From assembly GCA_033762915.1 (NCBI GenBank), contig JANRLD010000005.1:8568-72567 (forward strand): 64,000 nt of DNA, written 5' to 3'. Below, one piece after another: positions 40,757 through 51,779 of this stretch. Each line of letters begins with the position of its first letter. The first letter of the stretch is position 1. The notes below the pieces were generated by a model. That model had not been told where the DNA came from. It ran no database searches and saw only the letters and a program-made list of their open reading frames with translations. The position numbers and the translations under genes were made by a program. This stretch comes from Meiothermus sp. GTDB taxonomy: Bacteria; Deinococcota; Deinococci; Deinococcales; Thermaceae.

Positions 40757-40859
40757 CAGCCGTCTGGGGTGGAGGAACCCAGACCCCTCGCAAGGGAAAC
40801 ATCACACCTTGGTCTTTGGGCGACTGGCCGCGCTAAGTGCGCACTTTTGGAGGAACGAC

Positions 40860-42095
40860 ATGAAACAACTTTTGCTGGCAGGTATGGCAGTAGCCGCGCT
40901 AGGGATGGCCTCGGCGCAAACCACCGTTCGGCTGGCCGGGTTCGGTGGGAATGACACCGCCATTGTGGCCAACCTGCTTAAAGAAGTGGTCAACCCGATG
41001 CTGGCCAAGGACAACATTGTGGCCACCTACCAGGGCATCGAGGGCGACTACAGCGCCGCGCTGCTCAACCAACTGGCCGCCGGAACCGCCGCCGACCTGT
41101 TTTACGTGGACGTCAACGTGGCCAACCCGATCTTCGCCTCGGGCCGCGTGGAGCCGCTCAACAACTACTTTAGCGCCGCCGAGCGGGGGGTCTTCATCCC
41201 CAGCCTAATGCAGTCCTTCACCCTCGACGGCAGGCTTTACGGCATCCCCAAGGACTTCAACACCCTGGCCATCCAGTTCAACAAGGACATCTTCGACGAA
41301 GCCAAGGTGCCCTACCCCAACGCCAACGACACCTGGGACACTTTCAAGGACAAGCTTCGCCGGGTGCAGGCGGCGGTTAAGGACGTAGCCGGCCTCTGTG
41401 TGGTGGCCGACTACGCCCGCTTCGGGGCCTTTGCCCACGCCACCAGCTGGCGGCCCTTCGCCAACAACGGCAAGACCGTGCTGGACGCCAACTTCAAACG
41501 GGCCTTCACTTTCTACACCTCGCTGGTTAAGGACGGCGCGGGCAGGTACGCCCAGGATTTGGGCGAGGGCTGGACGGGCGGCTGCTTCGGTACCGAGAAG
41601 GCTGCTGTCGCCATCGAGGGCGCTTGGGTGGGCGGCTTCGTCAAGGACCGGGCTCCCAACATGAAGTACGGCACCACCTTCCTGCCCCTTGATCCCCAAA
41701 CCAGAAACCGGGGTAACTTCATCTACACCGTCTCCTGGAGCATGAACGCGGCCTCGAGGAACAAGGCCGCCGCCGCCAAGGTCATCAAGGCCCTGACCTC
41801 GACCACCGCCCAGCAGTGGGTGCTCGAGCGCGGCCTGGCCATCCCCAGCCGCTCGGTGCTCTCCAACAACCCCTTCTTCAGGAGGCCCACCGCCGAGGCC
41901 GAGCTGAACCGGGTGGTCTTCCAGGGCTCGACCCGCCAGGGCGGCGCCGTTCTGCCCTTCGGCTTCGGCAAGTACGCCGGCGGCGACTGGATGCGCCCCA
42001 TTAACGAGGCCCTGGCCGCAGTGATCACCGGCAAGAAGACCGTGGATCAGGCCATCGCCGACGCCCAGACCGCGCTCAACCAAGTCGAGAAGTAG
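40860..42095 (+). CDS. Carbohydrate ABC transporter substrate-binding protein
   Basis: GGAGG RBS, signal peptide, DGRLYGIPKD and FNKDIFDEA motifs. Confidence 0.9.
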   Translation: MKQLLLAGMAVAALGMASAQTTVRLAGFGGNDTAIVANLLKEVVNPMLAKDNIVATYQGIEGDYSAALLNQLAAGTAADLFYVDVNVANPIFASGRVEPLNNYFSAAERGVFIPSLMQSFTLDGRLYGIPKDFNTLAIQFNKDIFDEAKVPYPNANDTWDTFKDKLRRVQAAVKDVAGLCVVADYARFGAFAHATSWRPFANNGKTVLDANFKRAFTFYTSLVKDGAGRYAQDLGEGWTGGCFGTEKAAVAIEGAWVGGFVKDRAPNMKYGTTFLPLDPQTRNRGNFIYTVSWSMNAASRNKAAAAKVIKALTSTTAQQWVLERGLAIPSRSVLSNNPFFRRPTAEAELNRVVFQGSTRQGGAVLPFGFGKYAGGDWMRPINEALAAVITGKKTVDQAIADAQTALNQVEK

Positions 42096-42103
42096 GGTTG
42101 CCG

Positions 42104-42135
42104 AGCCCCCTCCCGTTTGCGGGAGGGGGCTTTTG
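42104..42135 (+). terminator. Stem-loop after the binding-protein gene
   Basis: GAGCCCCCTCCCG-TTTG-CGGGAGGGGGCTT followed by TT. Confidence 0.65.
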
Positions 42136-42233
42136 GTTTGGCTGGGCAGCAGGGGGGAGAGACGGCTGCCGTCTTCCCTCTCCCCAGTCCGAAGGGCGAT
42201 GCTGCCCTGCGTATAAGGAAGGGAGGTGAGCGT

Positions 42234-43328
42234 ATGACAGAGCGCGGCAAGCGTTCGGAGATGTGGTTCGCCCTGCTGTTCCTGGCCCCATTTCTGCTCC
42301 ACCTTGTGATCTTTTTCGTCTTCGCCTTCACCCGCACCGTCGGCTACAGCTTCACCGACAAGCTGCTCTTGCAGACCTCGTTCAACGTGGTGGGCCTGCA
42401 GAACTACCTCCAGCTTTTTAGAGAAGAACTTTTCCTGCGTGCCCTTTTTAACTCGCTCAGCTTCATGCTGGTAGTTACGGTCATCCAGACCTTTCTGGCC
42501 CTGTGCGTAGCCGCCATTCTGAACCAGAGAATCAGGGGCCTGACCTTTTTCCGCACCGTCTACTACATCCCCAGCGTGCTCTCTTCGGCGGCGGTGACGC
42601 TGATCGCGGTGTGGATCTTCCAGAAGACCGGCTACCTCAACACCTTCATCGGGACCGTCGGGGCCAATATGCCCCTGATCCTGGCCTTCGCCGGGCTGTT
42701 CATTCTGGCTCAGGCCGTTCAGGTTGGCCTCGAGCGCTCTCGCGGCCTCCCCGCCGCCCCCACCGACCCCGCCCTGGCCACCATCTCGCTGATTGTGGCT
42801 ATTGTGGGCACCTGGCTGCTCAGCCTGACCGGGCTGGTGACGGCTCGAGAGGTTCAGCCGCCCGAGTTCACCTGGCTCACCAACCCCGATCGCTTCCTGG
42901 GCATCCCCATCCCGCTGTGGAGCATCATCCTGCTCAACACCTTCACCACCATTCCCAGCCTCATGATCATCTTCCTGGCGGGCCTCCAGGACATCCCCAA
43001 GAGCGTCTACGAGGCCGCCTCAATCGACGGCGCAACCCCCTTGCAGCAGTTCTTCACCGTCACCATCCCGATGCTGCGCCCGGTCACCTTCCTGGTGGTT
43101 ACGCTCTCGCTCATCGGCACCTTGCAGATGTTCGACCAGGTGGCCCTGATGGGCAACTCGGCCTCGCTGGAGTCGATTATCACCCTGGCCTACTACGTCT
43201 ACAACAACGCCCTCACGGGTCAGGGCCAAGTCGGTCTGGCCTCTGCCGCGGCTGTGATCCTGGCCCTGCTGACCTTCAGCATCGTCTTCCTCCAGCGGGC
43301 GCTGGGCATTTCGGACAAGGCCCACTGA
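42234..43328 (+). CDS. Sugar ABC permease (MalF-like)
   Basis: VGLQNY, FFRTVYYIP and AGLQDIP..VYEAASIDGA motifs. Confidence 0.92.
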   Translation: MTERGKRSEMWFALLFLAPFLLHLVIFFVFAFTRTVGYSFTDKLLLQTSFNVVGLQNYLQLFREELFLRALFNSLSFMLVVTVIQTFLALCVAAILNQRIRGLTFFRTVYYIPSVLSSAAVTLIAVWIFQKTGYLNTFIGTVGANMPLILAFAGLFILAQAVQVGLERSRGLPAAPTDPALATISLIVAIVGTWLLSLTGLVTAREVQPPEFTWLTNPDRFLGIPIPLWSIILLNTFTTIPSLMIIFLAGLQDIPKSVYEAASIDGATPLQQFFTVTIPMLRPVTFLVVTLSLIGTLQMFDQVALMGNSASLESIITLAYYVYNNALTGQGQVGLASAAAVILALLTFSIVFLQRALGISDKAH

Positions 43329-43433
43329 CCGTCGGGGGGTCGGAGTCGAGAGCCGGCCGTGGACGACCGGCGCCGAAGAGGCAAGGCTCCAGACGCCCGT
43401 CCCTCAACTCTTAACGCGACCGAAGGGAGCTAT

Positions 43434-44813
43434 ATGGCTATCGAAACCATGAGACCCAAGCGCCAGGCCGACGAGCGTTACCTGGCGCGGCAGCGGTGGG
43501 CCAGGGTGGGGTGGATTTACGGCGCGATGCTGGCGCTGGGGGTCTTCTTCATCGGGCCGTTCTACGTGGCGATGTTGGCCTCGATGAAGGATAACCCCCT
43601 CGAGTGGCCCTTCCGCTTTTCCTTTCCGCAGGTGCAGGTTAAGAACTGGAGCGCGGCCTGGCGGCTGGGGCAGCTCGGAGCGGGGAACCCCTGGCTGGGC
43701 GGCTTCCGGCCCGGTGCGAACGTGCCTTTCGAGATAACCTACTTCGTGCCCCAGGGCACCGATCCCACCGTTCCCACTGTGGTGGTGCCGGAGCGCCGCG
43801 CAGGGTCGGGGCTGGGCGCGGTTTTCCCCGAGGAGCAGGCCAGCCGCCACGCCCAGGTCTCGCCGGTCGAGGAGGTCTCGAGGCGGCCCTTTGCCAAGGA
43901 CGGCCAGCCCGGGCAGTTGGTCACCTACGCGTTTACTATCACCTACCCGGTGCGGCCGGGCGTCGCGCAGCCCACCACTCCACGCCTGCCGCTGGACATC
44001 GAGGCCCCCCGAGGCCAGGCCTACCACAGCGCTACACTCGAGCCCAACCGCCTCGAGCGCCGCGGGCGCGTGGCGAGCTGGGACTCTGCCGCGCCGGGCT
44101 TGTTCAACTACACCTTCCGCAACTACGTGCGGGTTTTCAACGAGGCCAGGGACCCCAACACCGGCCAGAGCCTCTTTCTGCGCTGGACCTTTAACACCTT
44201 CTTCGTAGCCCTGATGGCAGTGATCGTCAACATCATCTTCGCCTCGATGGCGGGCTACGCCCTGGCCCGGATGAACTTCCCCTTCAAGGGCCTGCTTTTC
44301 GGGCTGATTGTGCTGCTGCTGGCGGTCCCGCAGCAGGCGCTATTCATCTCCAACTACCTGGTGCTGCTGCAGCTGGGGCTGCTGGGCACACTGTGGGGCA
44401 TGATCGCCTGGATCGGCATCGACATGGCCAAGGTCTTCTTGATGAAGCAGTTCTTCGAGTCGCTGCCCAAGGAACTCGAGGAGGCCGCCCTAATTGACGG
44501 TGCCAACCCCGCCACCACCTTTTTCCGGGTCATCCTGCCCCTAGCCACGCCCGCCCTGGGCGCCCTCACGATCATGACTTTTCAGGGCATCTGGAACGAG
44601 TTTTTCAAGGCCGCTGTGGTGCTCCAAGGTGTGCAGACCAACTACACCCTCCCCATCGGCCTGTCGTTCTTTCGAAACGCCTACGGGGGCGCGGGCGACT
44701 GGGGCCTGATGTTGGCCTCGGCCTTCCTCTCGATGATCCCCATCATTATCCTCTTCGCGGTGTTCCAGCGGTACTTTGTCGAAGGCGTGTCCACCAGCGC
44801 GGTCAAGGGCTAG
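43434..44813 (+). CDS. Sugar ABC permease (MalG-like) with a large periplasmic insertion
   Basis: AGYALAR, FFESLPKELEEAALIDGA and FQRYFVEG motifs; about 200-aa loop after TM1. Confidence 0.9.
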   Translation: MAIETMRPKRQADERYLARQRWARVGWIYGAMLALGVFFIGPFYVAMLASMKDNPLEWPFRFSFPQVQVKNWSAAWRLGQLGAGNPWLGGFRPGANVPFEITYFVPQGTDPTVPTVVVPERRAGSGLGAVFPEEQASRHAQVSPVEEVSRRPFAKDGQPGQLVTYAFTITYPVRPGVAQPTTPRLPLDIEAPRGQAYHSATLEPNRLERRGRVASWDSAAPGLFNYTFRNYVRVFNEARDPNTGQSLFLRWTFNTFFVALMAVIVNIIFASMAGYALARMNFPFKGLLFGLIVLLLAVPQQALFISNYLVLLQLGLLGTLWGMIAWIGIDMAKVFLMKQFFESLPKELEEAALIDGANPATTFFRVILPLATPALGALTIMTFQGIWNEFFKAAVVLQGVQTNYTLPIGLSFFRNAYGGAGDWGLMLASAFLSMIPIIILFAVFQRYFVEGVSTSAVKG

Positions 44814-45231
44814 GGGGTGTGGCTATCGGCGTTGGTCGATAGGGGCGCCCTCGAGCTCAGGACCCAAAGCTGAAGGCCACCGAAACCAGCCGTGGTCGTC
44901 TGGAGTTCGTCCCTTCGATATAAGTGCCTGTGACCCCAGATCTGCTGTGGATTTCCCGGCGCTCGGACCGTTCCTTTATCTGCACAGACCCCGGTTTTCT
45001 TGCGGCGTAGTAGCGCTTGCGTATCGGAGAATCTCTCACCGCGTTGTGCACTCGGGGTTAGCATTACCCCGTCGCGTGCCCTTGCCCCGGAGGTTCTTCA
45101 CGTCGCTCAGGACGGGGGACTTGCAGAGCTGGATTGCCGGGCCTGAACCCACAACAGACCCCTTTGGCACGCCTCACCTTTTCAACCCTCGCCTCATCCC
45201 TTAGCCTTAACCTCCGGCCAGAGGTTCAGAA

Positions 45232-47136
45232 ATGTTGCCACTCAAAGAAGACGACACCTACGCAGTGCTTTCCGACCAGGGCATGGCCGACCGCGACGAG
45301 CGGGGCTTCTACCGCCACGACACGCGCTACCTTTCCCGCTACGTCTGGAGCCTGCCGGGGTTCAGTCTCTTGGTCTCCGAGACGCCGCGCCCCGACCGGC
45401 TGGTGCAGCACTGGAGCCTGATCATTGGTCCCGACCAGTTGGTGGGGTTCCGGCGCGAGTTGCAGCTCGAGCGCGGCGGCTTCGCGGAGCGGCTCGAACT
45501 GGAGAACACCTCGCTCAAAACCCAGACCGTCGAACTCGAGCTCGAGGCCGTGGCCGACTTCGCCGACCTCTTCGAGGCCAAGGGCTGGCACAAGGTCACC
45601 CGCAAGATCAGCGGCTTCGAGTACACCGCCGATGACGGGCTGAAGGTGGCGACCCGCCTGATTTTGAACCCGCCCCCGCCGCCCCCGGCCCAGGACCTCG
45701 TCAGGGAGGCCTCGACGCGCCCCGAGGGGGGCGAGGTCTTTAAGTGGAAGTTTGAACTGGCCTCCAAGCAGAAGGTCGGCTTGAGTGTGGTGGGCCGCTT
45801 CGAGAGCCCCTTCGAACCGGGTACGCCGCCGCTGCCCAGCTATGAGGAGTGGAGGGCACGCTTCCCGATGCACCTCGAGAGCGGGCGCAGCCAGCGGGTG
45901 CTCGAGCAGGCCGTCACCGACTTGCGGGCGCTGCTGTTTGCCCTGCCCGAGGGGTTGTTTCCCAGTGCGGGGATCCCCTGGTACGTCTGCCCCTTTGGGC
46001 GCGACTCGCTCATCACCTCGTACATGATGCAGCCCTGGGCCCCCGACGTGACCAGGGGCGTGCTGACCTATCTGGCCAAGTACCAGGGCAAGGAGACCAA
46101 CAGCTTTCTCGACGAGACCCCCGGCAAGATCATCCACGAGATGCGGGTGGGCGAGCTCTCGCGCACCGGCAAGGTGCCCTTCACCCGCTACTACGGCACC
46201 GTGGACGCGACCTCGCTTTTCGTGATCCTGCTGCACCGCTACTGGCAAGACTCGGGCGACCTCGAGTTCGTCCGCCGGCTAAGGCCCAATTGGGAGGCGG
46301 CGCTCGAGTGGATGACCAGCTATGCCGACCCCGACGGCGACGGCCTGATCGAGTACGCCCCCAACCGGGACAAGGGCCACGTGGTGCAAAGCTGGAAGGA
46401 TTCCCACGACTCGCAGAGCCATAAGGACGGCTCGCTGGCCCAGGGAGCGATCGCGGTCTGCGAGGTGCAGGGCTACGGCTATATGGCCTACCGGGCCGGG
46501 GCGGATTTCTACCGCGCCCTGGGGGACCAAGCCAGGGCCGAACGTTGGGACGCCAGCGCCGAGCAGATCAAGCAAACCTTCCACGACAAGTTTTGGCTGA
46601 GCGAGCAGAACATCTATGCAGCAGGTCTGGACGGCGAGAAGCGGCCCATGGCCACGCTCACCTCCAACCCCGGCCACCTGCTATGGAGCGGCATCGTGCC
46701 CGAGGAGTTCGCGCCCAAGCTGGTCGAGACCATGTTCGGCTCGGAGCTCTGGAGCGGCTGGGGCGTGCGGACCCTGGGTAGTGGCGAGGTGCGCTACAAC
46801 CCGCTCAGCTACCACAACGGCTCGGTCTGGCCGCACGACAACGCCCTGTTCATCGGGGGGCTGGTGCGCTACGGCTTCTACGACCACGCGCTGAAGGCCG
46901 CCGAGGCCCTGTTCCGCCTGGCCATGAGCCAGCACGACTGGCGACTGCCCGAGCTGGTGGGTGGCTACATCAAGCAGGGCGGCGAGCCCCCGGTGCCCTA
47001 CCCCGCCTCTTGCCGCCCCCAGGCCTGGGATGCTGCGGCGGTGGTGTACATGCTGCGCCTGTTGAAGGAGATCTCGGCCAAGCGCGAGGTGACGGGGCTG
47101 CTCGAGCTGAGCCGTGGGGCGGCGGCGCTGGTCTGA
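45232..47136 (+). CDS. Amylo-alpha-1,6-glucosidase / glycogen-debranching family protein
   Basis: AGIPWY..FGRDS, PGKIIHE, YYGTVDAT, WKDS and SYHNGSVWPHDN motifs. Confidence 0.92.
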   Translation: MLPLKEDDTYAVLSDQGMADRDERGFYRHDTRYLSRYVWSLPGFSLLVSETPRPDRLVQHWSLIIGPDQLVGFRRELQLERGGFAERLELENTSLKTQTVELELEAVADFADLFEAKGWHKVTRKISGFEYTADDGLKVATRLILNPPPPPPAQDLVREASTRPEGGEVFKWKFELASKQKVGLSVVGRFESPFEPGTPPLPSYEEWRARFPMHLESGRSQRVLEQAVTDLRALLFALPEGLFPSAGIPWYVCPFGRDSLITSYMMQPWAPDVTRGVLTYLAKYQGKETNSFLDETPGKIIHEMRVGELSRTGKVPFTRYYGTVDATSLFVILLHRYWQDSGDLEFVRRLRPNWEAALEWMTSYADPDGDGLIEYAPNRDKGHVVQSWKDSHDSQSHKDGSLAQGAIAVCEVQGYGYMAYRAGADFYRALGDQARAERWDASAEQIKQTFHDKFWLSEQNIYAAGLDGEKRPMATLTSNPGHLLWSGIVPEEFAPKLVETMFGSELWSGWGVRTLGSGEVRYNPLSYHNGSVWPHDNALFIGGLVRYGFYDHALKAAEALFRLAMSQHDWRLPELVGGYIKQGGEPPVPYPASCRPQAWDAAAVVYMLRLLKEISAKREVTGLLELSRGAAALV

Positions 47137-47260
47137 TCGCGCGGAACCCTGATGTGGGGGCGAAGCACAGGCTGTAAAATCCTCGAGTGCAAGCCCCTGG
47201 TTCCCCACCCCACCTTTCGCGCCTGAGCCTTTACTCCCCGCGCCGCCCACTTCCGGTCCT

Positions 47261-47890
47261 ATGATCCGCGGTCGCTACAGCCTGGTGGTGGCCCTGCCCA
47301 AGGGGCGCAATTTCGGCGACGGATACGAGGCGCTCACGCGGGCGGGCCTCGAGCTGCCCCCCTTCGGCGGCGAGCGGGTCTTGCTGCACGGCGAGGAGGG
47401 CAAGGTCGCCATCCTCGAGCTTCGCAACCACGACGTGCCCACCTATGTGGATCTGGGCATCGCCGACGTGGGGGTGGTGGGCAAGGACGTCCTGCTGGAG
47501 TCGGGCCGTGACGTGTACGAGCCGGTGGACCTGGGCACCGGCCCCTGCCGCCTCTCGCTGATCCGTATGCCCGGCGACACCGGCCCCGTTCGGAGGGTGG
47601 CCACCAAGTACGTCAACTTCACCAGCCGGGTCTTCCGCGAGCGCGGCCTCAGCGCCGACGTGATCGAGCTGTCGGGCAACGTCGAGTTGGCCCCCATCAC
47701 CGGCCTGGCCGACGCAATCGTGGACCTGGTTTCAACGGGCGCGACCATCCGGGCCAACGGGCTCGAGGAGACCGAGGTGCTGGCCCACTCCACCGCCCGA
47801 TTCATCGTCAACCGCCAGTCGCTCAAGCTGAAACGCGAGCTGTTGCGGCCCCTGATCGCGCGGCTGCGTGCTCAGGGGAGGGCAGGGTGA
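47261..47890 (+). CDS. hisG: ATP phosphoribosyltransferase, short form
   Basis: [21 protein letters not shown] and [13 protein letters not shown] motifs. Confidence 0.95.
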   Translation: MIRGRYSLVVALPKGRNFGDGYEALTRAGLELPPFGGERVLLHGEEGKVAILELRNHDVPTYVDLGIADVGVVGKDVLLESGRDVYEPVDLGTGPCRLSLIRMPGDTGPVRRVATKYVNFTSRVFRERGLSADVIELSGNVELAPITGLADAIVDLVSTGATIRANGLEETEVLAHSTARFIVNRQSLKLKRELLRPLIARLRAQGRAG

Positions 47891-48064
47891 GGTAAGACTG
47901 CAGGCGAGTGGCGGTTAGCCGTTGGTCATTGGCAACCCCCACAAGTGTTTCTGCCCCATCCCCTGACCCAGGGCCTGGTGGGTCTTGGCCAGCTCCCCGA
48001 ACCGGGTGACTGCGGGCTGCGGGCCTGTCCCCCGCCTTCTCCCGATGCCGTACAATCAGGCGCT

Positions 48065-49072
48065 ATGGCATACCGCAAACTGGGCAAGAGCGGCCTGATG
48101 GTCTATCCGATCGCGTTGGGCACCATGCAGTTCGGCTGGAGCGCCGACGAGCAGACCTCCTTCGAGGTGATGGACGCCTTCGTTGCTGCGGGTGGGAACC
48201 TGATCGACACCGCCGACATCTACACCACCTGGACGCCCGGCAACCCCGGAGGGGTCTCGGAGGAGATCATCGGGCGCTGGATCAAGAGCCGGGGCAACCG
48301 TGACCGGGTGGTGGTGGCCACTAAGGTGCGCGGGGCGATGGGGGAGAATGGTTCCGAGGGGCGCGGCTCGGTGCATCAGCGCGAGGGCCTGTCGCGCAAG
48401 TGGATCCTGAAGGCCGCCGAGGACTCGTTGCGCCGCCTCCAGGTGGACTACATAGACCTCTACCAGGTCCACTGGCCCGACAACCAAACGCCCATCGAGG
48501 AGACCCTCTCGGCCCTGACCGAGCTGGTGCGCAAGGGCTATGTGCGCTACATCGGCTGCTCCAACTTTTCGGCCTGGCGGCTGATGCAAGCCCTGTGGGC
48601 TTCGGACAAGCACGGCCTCGAGAGTTTTGTCTCGGTCCAGCCTGAGTACAGCCTGACCGTCCCCACCCGCCCCAACTTCGAGCGCGAGATCGCCCGGGTT
48701 TGCGAGACGTACGGCTTGGGCATCATCCCCTACAGCCCGCTGGCGGCGGGCTTCTTGACCGGCAAGTACAAGCAGGGCCAGGCCCTGCCCGAGAGCGTGC
48801 GGGCGCAAGGCGTGGCGGGCCGCTTCGGCGAACAGAACTGGCAGATTTTGAACAAGGTGCTGGAGATCGCCGGGCACCGCCACCCCGCCCAGATCGCCTT
48901 GGCCTGGCTGCTCTCGAGGCCCATGATGGCCGCCCCCATCGTGGGGGCCAACAGCGTGGGCCAGTTGCGCGACCTAATGCCGGCGGCGGAGGTCGCCCTC
49001 ACGGCGGACGAGGTGAGGGCGTTGGACGAGGCCTCGAGTTGGTCCCTGTCGCGCACCGAGCGAGAAATCTGA
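48065..49072 (+). CDS. Aldo/keto reductase
   Basis: [27 protein letters not shown] and YSPLAAGFL motifs. Confidence 0.93.
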   Translation: MAYRKLGKSGLMVYPIALGTMQFGWSADEQTSFEVMDAFVAAGGNLIDTADIYTTWTPGNPGGVSEEIIGRWIKSRGNRDRVVVATKVRGAMGENGSEGRGSVHQREGLSRKWILKAAEDSLRRLQVDYIDLYQVHWPDNQTPIEETLSALTELVRKGYVRYIGCSNFSAWRLMQALWASDKHGLESFVSVQPEYSLTVPTRPNFEREIARVCETYGLGIIPYSPLAAGFLTGKYKQGQALPESVRAQGVAGRFGEQNWQILNKVLEIAGHRHPAQIALAWLLSRPMMAAPIVGANSVGQLRDLMPAAEVALTADEVRALDEASSWSLSRTEREI

Positions 49073-49160
49073 CCGCGGCGCTCGGCCGTCTGGCCGCCCG
49101 AAGGGTGCGCCGGTCGGGCCGAAGGCTGACGGCGAACGGCAGTCAAGGATAGACTAGGGT

Positions 49161-50132
49161 GTGCCTTCCGATCTCACCGCCGCCGAATTTGAGGTGATCT
49201 CCCGCTGGGAGGTGGGCGAAGTGCTCTCGGCCCGCGTCTCCGGGCAGGGGGCGGTCAACCACACGGTACTGCTGGAGGCCGAGCACGGGGCCTACGCGCT
49301 GCGCGCCTACCGCCCGGACAAGCGCCGCGAGGAGGTCGAGCTCGAGCACCGCATGATCTTCCACGCCTGGATGAAGGGCATCTGCGCGGTGCCCCCGCTG
49401 GCGCTGCCGGAAGGCGGGACCTACCTCGAGCACCAGGGCCGCTTCTACGCCCTGTTTGCCAAGGCCCCGGGGTTCCAGGTAGCCCGCGACGCCCTGACCG
49501 CCGAGCATATGACCCTGATGGGGCAATTCCTGGCCCGGCTTAACCTGGCCCTGGCCGACTTCCCCACCGAGGGTCTGTACCGCCGCAGCTTCGACACGAC
49601 CGTCTCGGATACCCTGACGCGCATCGCCCGCCTCGAGGCGAAAATTGGGAAGTGGCCCAAGCCGGGGTTCCTCGAGGACTCTGCCATGATGTGCCTCGAC
49701 CAGCAGCGCGACTACCTGCGGCGCAATTCCCGTGCCTTCGACCTGGGGGGGATCACCTTCCAGGCCACCCACGGCGACTTCCACGAGGGCAACCTCTTTT
49801 TCGAGGGCGAACAGATCGTGGCCCTGATTGACTGGGATCAGGTGCGGGCGGGGGCCAGGGCTTGGGACGCCATCCGCTACGCCAGCTTCCTGACCATAGA
49901 TCGCCCTCCGGGCCTGATAAGGGTCTTCCTGCGGGCCTTCGTCGAGGACGCCGGCCTGGCCCCCGGCGAGTTCGAGCGCACCGTGCGGCTGTTCGCCGCG
50001 TACCACGCCCACGACCTCTGGGCCTTGGAGGCCTACTACCTCGAGGGCAACCCCCAGGCCAAGTTCTTCATCAGCCCCATCTTCGTGCCCTTCGAAGAGC
50101 GCTGGGCGGGGATCGGGTTCAGGGGTGGGTGA
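49161..50132 (+). CDS. APH-fold phosphotransferase (type II homoserine kinase-like)
   Basis: HGDFHEGN and LIDWD motifs. Confidence 0.85.
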   Translation: MPSDLTAAEFEVISRWEVGEVLSARVSGQGAVNHTVLLEAEHGAYALRAYRPDKRREEVELEHRMIFHAWMKGICAVPPLALPEGGTYLEHQGRFYALFAKAPGFQVARDALTAEHMTLMGQFLARLNLALADFPTEGLYRRSFDTTVSDTLTRIARLEAKIGKWPKPGFLEDSAMMCLDQQRDYLRRNSRAFDLGGITFQATHGDFHEGNLFFEGEQIVALIDWDQVRAGARAWDAIRYASFLTIDRPPGLIRVFLRAFVEDAGLAPGEFERTVRLFAAYHAHDLWALEAYYLEGNPQAKFFISPIFVPFEERWAGIGFRGG

Positions 50133-50977
50133 TGCGCGGGGGCAAGGGGAAGAGGGGAGAGGGGCAGGGGGGAAACGCCGCCCTGGGCGGTAGCAAACGT
50201 AGGGCCGCGCACAGCGGGAGCCTTGGTTCGTTGGAAGGGGGAGCAGAGGGGGGGAAACCCCGAACCGGTGCCGCCAAGTCCTCCGCCCCGAGGCCAAAAG
50301 CCTTAACCAAGCCCCAGGTGAGGAGCACGAAGCGAGAGTCGCTGAAGACCAAGAGGGCTCGAGCCGCTGTGGTCCTGGAGGTCATGCAGCGGCTTTACCC
50401 GGAGGCGGTGACAGAGCTGAACTTCACCAACCCATTCGAGCTGCTGGTGGCGACGGTGCTCTCGGCGCAGGCCACCGACGCCTCGGTGAACAAGGCCACG
50501 CCCGCGCTGTTCGCCAGGTATCCCACCGCCCTTGCGATGGCACAGGCCACGCCCGAGGAGGTCGAGCCCTTTGTAAAGACTATCGGGCTGTACCGCGGCA
50601 AGGCCCGCAACATCGTAGCGCTCTCGAGGCTGCTGGTCGAGAAGTACGACGGGCAGGTACCGGTGGACATCGCCAGGCTGCGCGAACTGCCCGGCGTGGG
50701 CTGGAAGACCGCCACGGTGGTGCTGGGTGCGGCCTTTGGGGTGCCGGGGATCGCGGTAGACACCCACCTGATGCGGCTGGCCTCGAGGCTGGCCTTCTCC
50801 GAGGAGCGCGACCCCGAGAAGATCGGGGCCGACTATCAGAAGTTGTTTCCTAGAGAGCGGTGGGTTTTTGTGCACCACGCCCTGATTCTGTTCGGGCGGT
50901 ATCGTTGCGTGGCCCGCAAGCCGCTGTGCGAGGGCTGCGAGCTGTGGCAGGTGTGCGCGAGCCGCGGGGCGTGGTAG
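50132..50977 (+). CDS. nth: Endonuclease III; start uncertain
   Basis: LLVATVLSAQATD, LPGVGWKTA, AVDTH and the C-x6-C-x2-C-x5-C Fe-S motif. Confidence 0.92.
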   Translation: MRGGKGKRGEGQGGNAALGGSKRRAAHSGSLGSLEGGAEGGKPRTGAAKSSAPRPKALTKPQVRSTKRESLKTKRARAAVVLEVMQRLYPEAVTELNFTNPFELLVATVLSAQATDASVNKATPALFARYPTALAMAQATPEEVEPFVKTIGLYRGKARNIVALSRLLVEKYDGQVPVDIARLRELPGVGWKTATVVLGAAFGVPGIAVDTHLMRLASRLAFSEERDPEKIGADYQKLFPRERWVFVHHALILFGRYRCVARKPLCEGCELWQVCASRGAW

Positions 50978-51101
50978 CAGGGCAGAGCGTGGGAAGACGG
51001 GCGGAAGCGATTTTGTGCGGGATGTGTAGGGTGGCGGGAACCGCTGTGACAAAGCGAAACGGCCCCCTCCAATTGAGAGGGGGCCGGGGAGAGTGGGCTT
51101 A

Positions 51102-51204
51102 TCGCGTTTCCCTCCATTACCTGCCTCGCGGCGGCAAGTAATGTACTCCCTACAGCAAGAACCGCCCGCTTTAGCGTCGTAGGGAGTATGCGTGGGAACC
51201 GCTC
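51102..51204 (+). mobile_element. MITE-like element copy flanked by TTA direct repeats
   Basis: TTA|TCGCGTTTCCC...GGGAGTATGCGTGGGAACCGCTC|TTA. The right TTA is the stop codon of the DOMON gene. Confidence 0.8.
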
Positions 51205-51768
51205 TTAGAACGCGAAGTCTTCGATGTACCAGCGCTCGCTCTTCTTGTGCTCCTCTTTGAGAGACATCTCGGGGCCCTCGGCCAGCATCAAGAAGAACTT
51301 CTTGCCTGCAGAGATGTCCATATCGGTGCTGTCACCGGTCTTGAGCTTGCGCGAGAACTCGACCGTCCAGACCTTGCCCGCGTAGGTTCCGGCGGACTGG
51401 AGGATGGAGTTTTTTCCGCCCTCATCGGCGTCCTCAGCGGGCCTCCCGGTGCGCTTGACCTGGATCATGTCCATGGCGGTGAACTTGCCGCCGTCCATCG
51501 TGAAGATGTAGGAGTCGGCTCCCATTTTCTTATCGTCCTTCTCGGCCAGCATTGCCACGCCGATCCAGCCGGGGCTCTCGACCTGCAGCGCGATGTAGAT
51601 GGTATCGCCAACGATGCTCCAGGAAATGGTCATGCCCGACTTGTCGTGCTTGAGGGTCTTGGCGTACTCGCCCGCCGTCACCTTGCCGTCGATGGTGGCG
51701 GCCCTTTGGGCCAACCCCATCCCTAGCACTAGAGCCATCCCTGCCATCAGCCAGACTTGCTTTTTCAT
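51205..51768 (-). CDS. Secreted DOMON-domain protein (possibly heme-binding)
   Basis: Signal peptide; IDG...GEY, GWIGV, MGAD, VEFSRKLKTGD and a C-terminal His. Confidence 0.75.
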   Translation of the reverse strand: MKKQVWLMAGMALVLGMGLAQRAATIDGKVTAGEYAKTLKHDKSGMTISWSIVGDTIYIALQVESPGWIGVAMLAEKDDKKMGADSYIFTMDGGKFTAMDMIQVKRTGRPAEDADEGGKNSILQSAGTYAGKVWTVEFSRKLKTGDSTDMDISAGKKFFLMLAEGPEMSLKEEHKKSERWYIEDFAF

Positions 51769-51779
51769 ATGGGACCTCC

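Noticed and set aside
44814..45231. Small gene or IS remnant between the permease and the glucosidase
   Set aside because: The short ORFs lack an RBS or motifs, and no terminal repeats were recognised.
49161..50132. Aminoglycoside resistance gene
   Set aside because: Only generic APH-fold motifs, genome-typical composition and a housekeeping context.
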